A stretch of 64,000 nucleotides of DNA from positions 558,001 through 622,000 of the forward strand of contig MU058718.1 of assembly GCA_013265495.1 (NCBI GenBank). The letters are read 5' to 3'. Each line of letters opens with the position of its first letter. Positions within the stretch are counted from its first letter, which is position 1. The translations under genes and the position numbers were made by a program. Source of the DNA: Vicugna vicugna. Lineage: Eukaryota. Shown piece by piece: positions 12,511 through 23,595 of the stretch. The notes under the pieces were generated by a model. The model was not told the origin of the DNA. It saw only the letters and a list, made by a program, of their open reading frames with translations, and ran no database searches.

Positions 12511-12954
12511 ACATTATTTAGAGTTTATATTACTATATATTCTGTAGCATACTGGAATTAGAAGTATTAAAATTCAAGCCCTTGGGGTGTAGATAAAAGC
12601 CCAAGGCTTCAAGGCAGCTACAGTTTATGCTGTGGTTAAGGGGTGAAGTATGATTTCAAAGGCATTGAGGGTGGAGAGCAAGCGATACACAGTATCACCT
12701 GCAAGGTTAGAGTTTGTATTTAGAAACATGCCCCTAAGTCAGCTGATGCATTTATTGGCTACTCTGAGCACAGATTAAGCTGTGAAAAACCTTATACCTC
12801 TCTCCCTACCTTTTTGTTAAAAAAAAAAAAGGAGCTTGTAGTTGACAGTGTTCATAGAATGGCCAGGTGGGAACAGTTAACAGGGATGTCAGGCTAATTT
12901 TCTTCCCAGTTGGCTTATTTCTAAGATTCAGTTCTAGTTTTCTCATCAATCACA

Positions 12955-13004
12955 TTGACAAAAAAGAAAAAAAGACACACACCAGTGTTACAAAACCTTG
13001 TATT
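12955..13004 (-). terminator. Putative distal polyadenylation site: AATACA (12999-13004) plus downstream GU/U-rich element
   Basis: Minus strand reads ATTAATACAAGGTTTTGTAACACTGG-TGTGTGTCTTTTTTTCTTTTTT; cleavage inferred near 12980. Confidence 0.65.
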
Positions 13005-16000
13005 AATCATTTCCCTTCACTTTCAATATAACGTTGATATGAAATATAGCCATGATTCTTAGTTACATGGGAGGAAATGAGTAATAAATACATTGTAGCA
13101 AGTTTAAACCACAAGGGTGTTTCACTGGTAACAACATTTGAAAACTGTACACTTGCAAAGAACAGCATCTTCAAACATTAGTATATCTGTATATCAGTAA
13201 AGCTTTTACATGTAACAAACATGCTATTTCCATATATGACAAAATTTAAAAATATGCATTGCTTGGCAACATGAACTAGGCAAAAATAGTTCTTTGTTCA
13301 CTAACTTTTTACAGGAAAACAGGACGAAAGGCATGCATGTACAATAGGGATGCCTGCACAGGGCATGCAACAAAGGAAAGCTTTTTAAAAATCAGCTTAC
13401 ATTAGGCATAAATACAGGAGGGTTATATATTAATAAGGGAGGAAGTCTTCTGTTTGACATTATTAACATTCCTGTTTTCTTCCTATTCCTCCCAGAGGAA
13501 TACACATTCACCTTTAAGTAAAGATAAAGGAATTACAAAAAAATAAAACTCACTTTGCAAACATCTCTGATGACTTGTAAAAAAAAAATCAACATTAGTG
13601 TTATCACAGCCCCATGTGCAAAGTATCCTTCTGCAGGGCCTTCTTGCAACAGGCACACCTGAGTGCCTTGGTTAGGCTGCTTCTGGGCACCCCAGCCGGG
13701 GCCGCCTGCCCAAGACATCCCCAGAGGGCCAAAGACCGAGACTGGGGCTGCTTCTCTTCCCTCATGGCCCTTCCGGCTGCATGCCTACACGGTCAGCCCA
13801 GCTCTGCCCCCAGCCCAGGCTCCAGGTGAGATCCCAGGTCCGGAGGGGGAACACGCATTTACAAACCTTGCACTGGCAGTAGCTACAAGAGGTGCAGAAG
13901 AACAGAAGACCCGGAGAAGGCTCCCATTCCGTAAAAGGCAGCCAGCGACACCTCAAAAGAAAACCTCGTTTCCCTCAGTGTCTCTTCAGACGAACGGGAC
14001 AGGGAGCCCGGCTGTAGCTCCAATCCCGAGTACCAGAAAGGGGTCGTCGATACACAGGATCGGAGAGCTGGGTGCCAACAGCCACCCTCTGCGGGCCCAC
14101 CCAGCAGTGTCTATTTTGCCTGCTGGCCCTTGTTTAGAAAGTGAAACTCAAAAAGCATGTGGAAAAAACAAAACAAAACATCTCAGCAGCAATGTTTCAT
14201 TTCTTGTACACAGTTCATGTGTGTCTTCCTACTGTTTCTGGTAAGAAACCACTATGAATAAAAAGCACCAATAAAACATACATGATAACAGTGTCGCAGG
14301 CTACCACTGTCCCTGGGACAGCGGAGAGATGTCACATACACACTGCTTAAATCAACACAAGGGGAGGGGGAAAAAACCATGTGGTGAGATAGATTTTACT
14401 CTGAGATTTTCAATGTTTACTATTTACTTAATATAAAACAGTTGCATCTGGGGGTCAGTGGGTAAATACAAAAAAAGGCACTGCCGCTTTATTTCTAAAT
14501 ATTTGACTTCACAGCCTTACGCATGCAACTGTTTGATTTTTTTTTATAAATAAAATTCTTTTGCTTTAGGATTTTTAGATTGAGCTGTATACCTGCAGTC
14601 AACACAGGACTCAAAACAAGGTGGGGACAGGCTCCTAAAATTTATAAGAACACTCAACTTAAAAAAAAAATGAAAACACTAATAGCAAAAACACAACTAA
14701 GTAGATAAATCTATACACAGTCAATGAAAAATAAGCCTTTCTTTTTTTTAAAAAAAGAATTATGTTGTTATTAATAACAGACTTTATCATGGTTACCAGC
14801 CATAGCAAGTTAATAAGTAACATATCCAAAATAATATCTCTAATAATCAGATAACCATTGTTTCTATATTCAGTGAAGGAATAAATAGAAATTCAGATTT
14901 GCAAATACTTTAAGGTCTTCTTCCTTTTAAAGGATTCATGCTAATGTGATTGTGTTCACAATCTGTTTTCTGAATAACCCAAGTCTTTATGGATACATGT
15001 GTTTTGCAGCAGATCTGAATCATTCTCATCTCTCCACGAGACATGTTATACCATTGTTCCTTCTTCGTTAACTTTCTCAGCATCCAAAAAACACCTTCGC
15101 GAACCCTCTGGTCTTGCCTTTGGCCTTCGACATCCTTTGACCTGTTCTTCCCGACTCACACATGAGCGTCCATCCCAGCACATTCCCCAAGTAACCCTAA
15201 GCTTGCTTAGAAAAGGGGTATGGAGGATGAATGTTAATGGCACTTGGTTAAAAAGAAATCAACTAAAAAATGCTGCCTCTTTCTGCACGTGGATTTGCAT
15301 CTTTAGAACACAGACACCCAAGGAGGACTTTTTTTTTTTTTTTAATGCAATGCAGGATGTTGTGGATTCAAGCCTTCTTTGCTTGTTAGAGGCTCTCTAT
15401 GGTTAAGATGTTCCCTCATTTTAGACTTTAAAAGGAATTCACGAGCCTCAGAATATCCAAGCCTGTGTTGGGTGTACATTTTTAATCTTGAAGGTAAAAG
15501 AAAGCTGTTCGGATTTCATTAAGGCCTTTTAAATCTGTATTTACTTCATTAACTTATTTTTTAAAAAATACCCATAAACAAGTGCAGTGATTTTCATGGT
15601 CTGATCTCTTCAATTTCGACTCTGACTTTGCTTAAACAAAGCAAAAACAAAAACAGCACTAGACTCACCCATTCAATAAACAGGCTTCATACCATCTCCC
15701 CAATCTTGCCTCTGGCCGAGCAGTCATACAATCATTTACACAACCCAATTTTCCAGTGCAGAGCACAGTTCCTCTTGGATTTCCTCTAATACCTTCCACT
15801 GCATCAAATCTTTCTTGCCCTTAAGAAACAGGGCTATTACTTTGTGATAGTATAGTTTGTTAATCTCTCACCATGTAACCAGTGGTTTTGTCTCCTTTCT
15901 GTGTGGGTCGATAAATCAGCTGACAACACAGCAGATCCCTGACATGTGTGATAGAACCATCATTTCCATCAGGAAGTCGACCTTCCCCACATCTTTCACT

Positions 16001-17346
16001 GCCCATCTGGCACGTCTCCCCACAGCTCTCTGCCACATGCTGACTGACCGTTCATACACTGTTGCTGGACCCTGCTCTCCTGCTCTTCCGCAGCGATGAG
16101 CAAGCCAAGGTGGTGCAGCCCCCAGGTTCAGCTTCCTGCGAACAACCCCTGTAAGCGGCATTTTAAGCTTACTATCTGGGTATTAAGGCCTTTTGCTAGG
16201 GAAAAATATCCACCCTTGCCTTTTCTCCTCCAGTGGAACTTGTACCCACCTGTGTGTGTGCACGCAGCGAGGCCAGGAGTGATAGGGTGAAACCTCATGG
16301 TAGGTTGGGGAGGAAGAGGTGTCTCCAGATGAGAAGCAAATCCAGCACAGAAAGGGCAGCAGGATTCTTAAGCATCTCTAGGTGACTGTGCGCAACCCCA
16401 CAACCGACCACATGGTGGCGCCCTCCCCAGCGCTCCGCCCATTCCAGCTGCATCCTGGTCCTCCGACTCCACCTACACGCTCCTCCCACCCGCAGGTGGA
16501 AGACACAACTCAGGCCTACGTGACTGCATCCGTCTTCCGGAGAAGCAGAGCTTGGCAGCCATTTAAAAAGACAACCCTGCTGCAATTATAAAAATAGAGG
16601 GAAAGAAATGAATCCATATCAACAAATCCTTTACAAAAACCATAGTATGAAGAAAAGTTCTATCCCAACTCTTTACACATTATGTACCCTTTAAAATTGT
16701 TATGTAAACAATACACAAATCAAAGTTTATCTGAAGTTTTGCGGGAGGGAATTTCTCCCTTCCTGCCCCCGTTGCCACGTGGACCTCTCCTGCGGCTGCA
16801 TTTCAAGCAGGGGCCTCAGGGAAATCCCATCGGCGGGGAGACAAAGAAGCGCGAGCCACCACCTGGCTTTGGTCGCGGGCACCCATGCCTTCCTGCGGGG
16901 GCCCGACTGTGGAGGCAGGCTTCTGAGAAGGCTCCCGAGGGCCGGGGCTTCTGCCTCCCTCCCATGAACCTCTCCTCCCTCTGGGCGGGCTCTCCTCTCT
17001 CTCACAGCAGTTCCTTTTTTTAAAAAATGTTTCCCTTTCCATCCAGGAAGCCACACTTGCATTCCCTCCACCCCCTCCCAGTCCCACGCTTCCCTCAGAG
17101 ACCCCTCCCCATGCCCCACACCAAGCCATCCCATGACAGAAACAAATGACAAAATAACCCATCCCAGGTCTACTGATATGTTTACAAGGATGACCTACGC
17201 TCTCACAAAATCAAAATGGGAGAGGGACCAGGGAAAAAAAAGGCTGCAAAGTATCCTGGAGGATGCTGTGCAACCCTGAGGATGGCTGACACTGGACCCG
17301 CAGCAGTCGATTTCACGGCCAGCGCGGTCACTCTCATCTTCAGCTT
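12980..17346 (-). other. SAMD4A: SAMD4A long 3'UTR (~4.4 kb)
   Basis: U-rich on the minus strand, with no recognisable transposons, running from the stop codon to an AATACA signal followed by a GU/U-rich element. Confidence 0.75.
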
Positions 17347-17375
17347 CTAGATTGTGGAGGTGCGGTCAACCCCGT
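17347..17375 (-). CDS. SAMD4A: SAMD4A last coding segment: (D)GVDRTSTI*
   Basis: Acceptor TTCTTTCCCTCCCAG|AC; stop TAG at 17349-17347. Confidence 0.96.
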
Positions 17376-17494
17376 CTGGGAGGGAAAGAAGGACACAGTG
17401 GGCACAGGTGAGCAAAGCAATTCTGTTCACGCCCTGGACTCCAGCGTCATGCACGTGGGGCCTCCCAGTCTCTGAGGACAGAGAAGGGCTAAAT

Positions 17495-17960
17495 TCCTCC
17501 ATCCATCCATCCACTCATCCTTCACACACCCACCCACGCAACACTAGGGAATAGCTGTTTTTGCCAGGAGCCGTAGGGAGCCTGGGAACCAAGATGAAAA
17601 GACCTATCCTCATCATCTAGTCCTAGTCTGTATTTCCTTGTCGGGACACAGACAGGTAAACCAACAATGGTATATGAGTCATGAGTGGACTATGTACCAG
17701 GAGCAGCAGGAACTCAGAGGAAGGAGTGTTTAAGTCGCCCTTGGAAGTCAAGGATGGTTTCAGAGAGAAAGAAAATGACTTGTAGAATGGTGCTGGCAGG
17801 AGGAGAAAAGAGGAGGCAGGAGAGGATGCAGGTAGTGAGGGCGTATAGCTCAGGGACAGGCGTCATGTTCATTGAAGGGTGGATCTGGTGGTGGGTGGAG
17901 TTTGGAGGTCAAGGGTAAGGGATGGGGGAACGGAGGAGTGGCAGGAGATGCGGCTGAGAA
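17495..17960 (-). mobile_element. Degraded LINE-2 3' end in the last intron
   Basis: Starts with a catccatccatcc tail-like repeat followed by purine-rich L2-like sequence. Confidence 0.5.
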
Positions 17961-18869
17961 CCAGTTAGGTTTGCAATAGACATGCAGGTGGTCCTGTCCA
18001 GCTCATGTCCCTTTGTTTGGAAGCATCTCCGTCTCCCGCCCAAGTCTCTGCTGAAAGACCAGTGATGAGGTGTTAGTGATTCTGATCCCTGGTCACAGCT
18101 GAGCAGACCAGGGGGATGCATCTGACCAAAACTGACCCAGATTCTGTGTCTCATGCATCTGATCGTGGGGGGAGACACCATAGTGATATGTTGGGGGCAT
18201 CTGGCACTGAAAGAGCCCGTGGACATGGGAGAGCGCTGAGGCCACCCAGCATGTGCCATGTCTACATTATGGAGAATCAGCTAAACTGTGCTACAAAGTG
18301 GAGGACATGCCTGTCAGAGAGGAGGGGCCAGGAGTGAGGCCAAACACAGAGGGAGCCAATCACTGCCCAACCCCTTTTCACATGGGACTATAGGAGAGTC
18401 CCCAGAATCAGACCATAAGGGTTTTGTGTACTATGAACAAGAGCTTAGACATAGGTAACCGGGTAGGGGTAAGTGGTCGAGTAACCAGATTTGACTTTAG
18501 AGTGGTTTCTCTGGCAGGCTGGCGCAGGAGGACAGTTACTGGTCCCTACAATGGTCCATGCTCGAGCTTCTCCCGTGAGCAGAGAGAGGACTACCTCGTA
18601 GAAGGTAGAAATGACTCTGTTCAGTGAGCACTAGATGAAGGCCAGGATGGGAGGCCGATTGCTTCCCTGGTTTGGCTGATGTCCAGACGTCAGTAGGCGT
18701 GTCCTGGTCTAAACTTCTGAGCCACAAGCCTGGGCTCCTGGATGCATGTCTAGAGGCCGTAGGCAGAGTTTTACAGCGGGGAGCACTGAGTCCACTGCAG
18801 AGGTCTCCTTACCTCCTCATGGGTGGTGCCACGCTGGCATCTCACCAGCAGGGACTTGGAGGAGAAATG

Positions 18870-19100
18870 TTTCTTTAATTCAAACTTTTAATGAGATCAT
18901 TGTAGGTTCACATGCAGTTGTAAGAAACAGCACTCTGTTTCCAGGTTTGTCCATGTGGTAGCATTGCGCCAAACTACAGTATGATATTCCAACCAAGATA
19001 CTAATGTGATGCAATCTACCCATCTTATTCAGAATTCACCAGTTATACTCATGTAATGTGTGTGTGTGTGTGTGTGTGTGTGTATAAAGTTGCATATGAT
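18870..19100 (-). mobile_element. Old L1M 3'UTR fragment with (TG)n at 19058-19083
   Basis: tgtaggttcacatgcagttgtaagaaa...ccaaactacagtatgatatt...cttattcagaattcaccagtt. Confidence 0.65.
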
Positions 19101-19479
19101 TTTTGGAGAGATTTTAAAGAGGGGAAGCAAATGGCCCCTGAGAGCACCTGTGGTTTCAGACGATCAATGTGAGCGGTCCCCAGATGTGAACTAATCTCCC
19201 CTTCCCCGCCTTCTGCACTTGTCAGCCTTGGCCCCTGGAGGGATGGCTCTGCAGTGGTTTCTGGTCGTGGGAGAACAGTGAGCGTGGGTTTGTGTGCACA
19301 CACACGTGTGCCTGGGGTCAGGGCACACTCTTGCTGGGCCTCACTGGTCCACTAGTTAATGCTAGCCTTTCACAGTTGTGGAATTGAGGAGCTGGAAACA
19401 AGAGATTCTCAACTAATCCCAAGCCTCATTTCCATGAAATTCTAACCCTACACCTCAACCTCCAAGAGCGACAGTCAGT

Positions 19480-19845
19480 ATTTATCTGCAGGGAAATGAC
19501 TAGTAGGTTAATTCCAGACCTGCCATTTACAGTTGTACAAATTGTGCTCTGCACGACTCCAGGGGGCACCATTTACATGCAACCGTCATAGGCTTTATCA
19601 TCATTATGGCAAATTTCAAAACAAAGGGCAGAACAGTGTCTTAAAAAAGTGGGGTCTTTTATTTTATTTTTTTTACTTTTTAAAAATAGGGCCTTTTTCT
19701 AATTTGCACAAAGTCCCTATATTGGCTGTAAGTGGGGCTTTAGGTCCCAAGAAGAAGTGAGGAGAGAAGGGGAGATGGAATGGCAAGGGGGTCAGGTGAG
19801 GCACGAACCCCAGAACATCAGCGGGCGGACTGCACATTCCTCGTG
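19480..19845. promoter_or_regulatory. Candidate cardiac/muscle enhancer (GATA x2, MEF2, CArG, NKX-like, M-CAT)
   Basis: TTATCT 19482, TTATCA 19595, TTAAAAATAG 19680, CCTATATTGG 19716, TAAGTG 19729, CATTCCT 19835. Confidence 0.45.
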
Positions 19846-20554
19846 ATGGTTTTGCTTCACTGTGGGCCGCATTCTGCTGGGAGGGGTCTCGCTTTTGTGG
19901 CTGTGGGTATTCTGGCCCATGCCGCCCCTCTGCACGAGGAAGATAATGGCCAGGCTTGGCATCGAGGCTTCCTGAACACCTGGGCCACCAGTCAGGAGCA
20001 AGCCCAACAGAGCCAGAGGAACACCTTAAACAGAGACTCACAAACCAAGACGGCAGAGGCAACCCAGCCCCTGGGCGTCCTGGTGGGTTCTATCGGAGGG
20101 GCCGGGGGGAGGGAAAAGAGGAGATGGATAGGGGAGGCCAGAGAAAAGTAGCTTAGACCGACACCAAGAGGGCAGCCGTTACTGGAGGAGGCTGAGAGCA
20201 GAGGAGTCAGCACAAAAGGATGGGCCCCAAGTCTCGGGGCCCCAGGGAGCAACCACATTAGAATGGCTGTCCTGGGATGTGGTGTCCCAGGAACTTGGAT
20301 ACCTCGCCTGTCTTTTCTTGAGACACAAGCAGAGGAACCTCTTGTACTGCTCTGCTTTCCTCTCCCTAGTCATTTGTCCCCCTGTAAGATGACTTCATTC
20401 ACTGGCAGAAATTCTGTCCTCAGAAGGTCATCTTCCCTGGCACCTGGAAGGGGTCGGCCGGCCGACAGGTGCTGTCACCGCTGGAGGGAGGGCACACCGC
20501 CACTGTGCCCAGCCCGGCCACCCTGAAACCTAATTTGCTCAGGAAACTGCTTAC

Positions 20555-20578
20555 CGGGCTTCCCACCAGAGAGGATTA
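20555..20578 (-). CDS. SAMD4A: Candidate 24-nt alternative microexon of SAMD4A (adds VILSGGKP)
   Basis: TTTTTTTCTCAG|TAATCCTCTCTGGTGGGAAGCCCG|GTAAGC; phase 1-1, no stop in frame; UGC at about -19. Confidence 0.5.
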
Positions 20579-20981
20579 CTGAGAAAAAAACATGGCAATA
20601 AAAAGGCTTAGGAGATTAACAAGATGAAAACATTAGCAAAAAAACACACCAGTTCACAGAGGTTTTCTGTAAAAATAGAAGAATGGGCTAAAAAGTGAAG
20701 TCTTTTCAATGAAAACCTCCCTTTAATTAAAGGCATTTGGCATTCTTGCTACCGATGATGGTAACATTAGTACTTAGTAGATTGATAAGAGCTTCCAACC
20801 TGCCAATTGTCTGAGCTTTATCAGGCCCTGGGGGAGAGGCCAGCTCCCTGCTGACTCCTACAGGCAGCACAGGACTGAGCGGAGTCCCCACCAGCCCCAG
20901 CCGGGTGTGTCAGGTGGGAGGGCACTGGGGCCGCCTGCAGTGGGCTGAGCTTGGCCTGCCGACCGGGTCTACAAGCCTTCC

Positions 20982-21432
20982 CTTTTGACAAAATTGAGAT
21001 ATAATTCACATCCCACAAATCTCACCCTTTTAAAGTGTACAATTCAGTGGCTTTTAGCATATTCACAGAGCATTCATATGTTTGTGCAACCATCACCACC
21101 AGAATATTTTTATCACTCCCCCAAAGAAATCTGGTACCCATTAGCAGTCACCCTCCAGTCCCACCTCCCTCCAACCCCTGGCAACCCCTTATCTACTTCC
21201 TATCTCTATGGATTTTGTCTGTCCTGGACATTTCACAAAAGCGGAATCACGCACTCTGTGGTCCTTTGTGCCTGGCTTCCTTCACCTGACATAACGCTTT
21301 CAAGGTTCAGCCATGTTGTAGCACCTGTCAGCACTTCGTTCCTTTTAAAGGCTGAGTGACACGCCACTGTATGGTTCTACTGCATCTTCTTCATCCATAT
21401 TCATCTGCTGATGGACCTCTGGGTTGTTCCCT
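20982..21432 (-). mobile_element. L1MB-like 3'UTR fragment
   Basis: ttgagatataattcaca...ttttaaagtgtacaattcagtggcttttagcatattcacagag...ctggcttccttcac...aaggttcagccatgttgtagca. Confidence 0.88.
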
Positions 21433-22827
21433 ATTATCCCTAGGGCTGTCAGCGTACTGACCCAACCTCCTTGGTTACCTGGAGAAAAGGAGCTGGTAGC
21501 TCCTCCCCCAGAGGTACCAGGAGTGAACCAATGATGCTGGGACGCTTCCAGGATCTGAACTGGATGGTCAAGGGAGAGAGCAGTGTTTGTAAATGGAGTT
21601 CCCTGGAACCCGAGAGGGGGTCCCAGAGGGAGATGTGCAGCCCACTGTCTCTCTGGTCAGCAGCCCTGGAAGGCCTTCAGCTAGCTCCCTGGTGGTACTG
21701 AGCAGGGGCTTCTCTGGGCCTGGAGAACCCCCTGCACCCCCAGGTGAGGTCAGGTGGGTGCCCTGTACTCTGCAGAGCATTTATCTGCCTCATATTTGGT
21801 TTTAGGATAAGATTGTGTTTGTAGAGACTAAACATCCCTGGTCAGGGGAACAAAACTCTCTGGAGCAGTGGCTGACAACAGCCTTTCTCCACCCACCCCT
21901 GCCAGCTTACACAAATTGTGGCTCTATGTGTGCCCATCTCTGGAGTGAGCGCATCCAGACCAGAGAGGGCTGTCGGGAAGGGTTACGGGAGGCCTCTCTG
22001 CATCTCCATGACTCAGAGCCTCCCCGGAGGCTGGCAGGAAGGGGCGGACATCTCTCTGCTGCCTGCCAAACATCCCCAGGCTGGCAGTGAGTCCCGGCAA
22101 GAGAAAGGCACCCGTTTAGTACCAGGAGGGCTCTGAAGGCCTCCCAGGGCTGTTATGACAACACAGGGCTGCGGCCCAAACAGCAGCGGGACGACCCAGC
22201 AGCTCCTGGGAGCCCCTCCGGGGGCTGCAGCCTGGCAACCCCAGCTACACCCACCCAGGCCGTCCCCGTCACACTGTCCCCATCACCTCGGGCTGCATGG
22301 GGCTCCAGGCATCGTGGAAGCCATTTGGAACAGGCAGATGTAAAAACAAGCAAGGATTTTTGTTTCAGAAAGTCTATTTTTAGAGCAAGTTGGGATATGC
22401 TTGGACCAGACTCGGGGATCTAGTGCCGAGAAGGAAAGAATCCAGTGCTGTTTGGACAGGGGGATGTTTCCACTAAAAGCCACGTCTTGTGTTCCTGACT
22501 CCTCCAGCGCCCACATTTGGCTAGGACAACTGCCGTGGTGGGACTCCAGTGTGCCCTGGTGGGTGGAGCCTCTGGGGCAAGAGGGACAGCCTTGGTCTGC
22601 AGGGCCCTGAGTCACCTCTCGAAAAAGGGGGAGAAGCAGGGCACTGTGGGCTGCTGTGGATGGTGTGGCCTGATGGGGGCCCAGCAGCATCCCCAGCCAC
22701 TCTCCCTCCCTGTCCCCTGCCTCCCCCGCCTGTGCCCTTCCCACTGTCCCGAGCTGCTGCTGAGTGGACAGCAGATGGCCTGCGGTTCTCCCAGGTGTGC
22801 AGGGGCATGTGGGGAGGACACACTCAC

Positions 22828-22911
22828 CTCCCAGGGCGTGCTCGGTCATACTGAGGCACAAGGACTCCAGCCTGTTGTTGATGTCAGGTTCAGTCACAGG
22901 CAGCTGGAATT
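22828..22911 (-). CDS. SAMD4A: SAMD4A coding exon (84 nt): (E)[27 protein letters not shown]
   Basis: Acceptor CCTGCAG|AA, donor GAG|GTGAGT; phase 1-1; conserved Smaug-family C-terminal motif [13 protein letters not shown]. Confidence 0.97.
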
Positions 22912-23154
22912 CTGCAGGGGACAAAGGGTTATGTTGGTGACAGGGTCTCTAAGAACAAGGAGAAGGTACGCACGGTGCCACTGACTCCACCTGCCAGGGT
23001 CAGGGTCAGGTGGGCCGCCCTGGGAGGGCTCGGGGGGATTGTCAGGGTCAGCATGGAGGGTGAGTTACACTCAGGTTCAACCAACCTCTGAGTCCACTGT
23101 TAACATGGGCAGCTGGAAGAAAACTGCTGACTAAAAATAGCTGTCATAGTCACA

Positions 23155-23595
23155 GGCTGCCAGTCCTCTGCTCAGAACCCCCGAGAAGCTTCCGTTGGAG
23201 TAAAAGCCAACCCCTTGCCATGGCTTGCAAAGCCCCACAGATCTGACCCTTTGTTACCTCTCTGCCCTCGTACAACAATCCCTTCCTTCACTCCACCCCA
23301 GGCCCTTTTCTACCCCAGGACCTTTGCACTGCTGTTCCCTCTGCCCAGAATTCTGGTCCCTGGGCATATCCATGGCTCACTCTCTGCCTGCTGTCACGTC
23401 TATGGCTCTACTCTCTTCTTGGAAAGGACTTTCTGTTCGTGGTCTTCCCCCCCTCCCGCTTAATTTTTCTTCATAACTGTCACTGAAAACTGACATATTA
23501 TTTATTTGTTGCCTCCTCCCAGCTGAACATTTGCTTCATTGTAGCAGGACTTGGCTCTGCTCTCTGTGCCTAGAACCTAGCCTGGTGCATTTCTG
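23155..23595 (+). mobile_element. LINE-2 3' fragment
   Basis: caggacctttgcactgctgttccctctgcccagaa...tgcctagaac. Confidence 0.7.

Noticed and set aside
13663..14244. 193-aa ORF
   Set aside because: Antisense to a GC-rich part of the 3'UTR; low-information peptide.
13617..17257. 13-mer TGCAAAGTATCCT present twice in the 3'UTR
   Set aside because: One such match in 4.4 kb is not clearly above chance.
17211..17346. Stop-codon readthrough extension (~45 codons open after TAG)
   Set aside because: The context is TAG-A, not the leaky TGA-CTAG type, and this length is compatible with chance.
20720..20733. 14-bp palindrome CCTTTAATTAAAGG
   Set aside because: AT-rich and isolated; possibly a homeodomain site, but no independent support.
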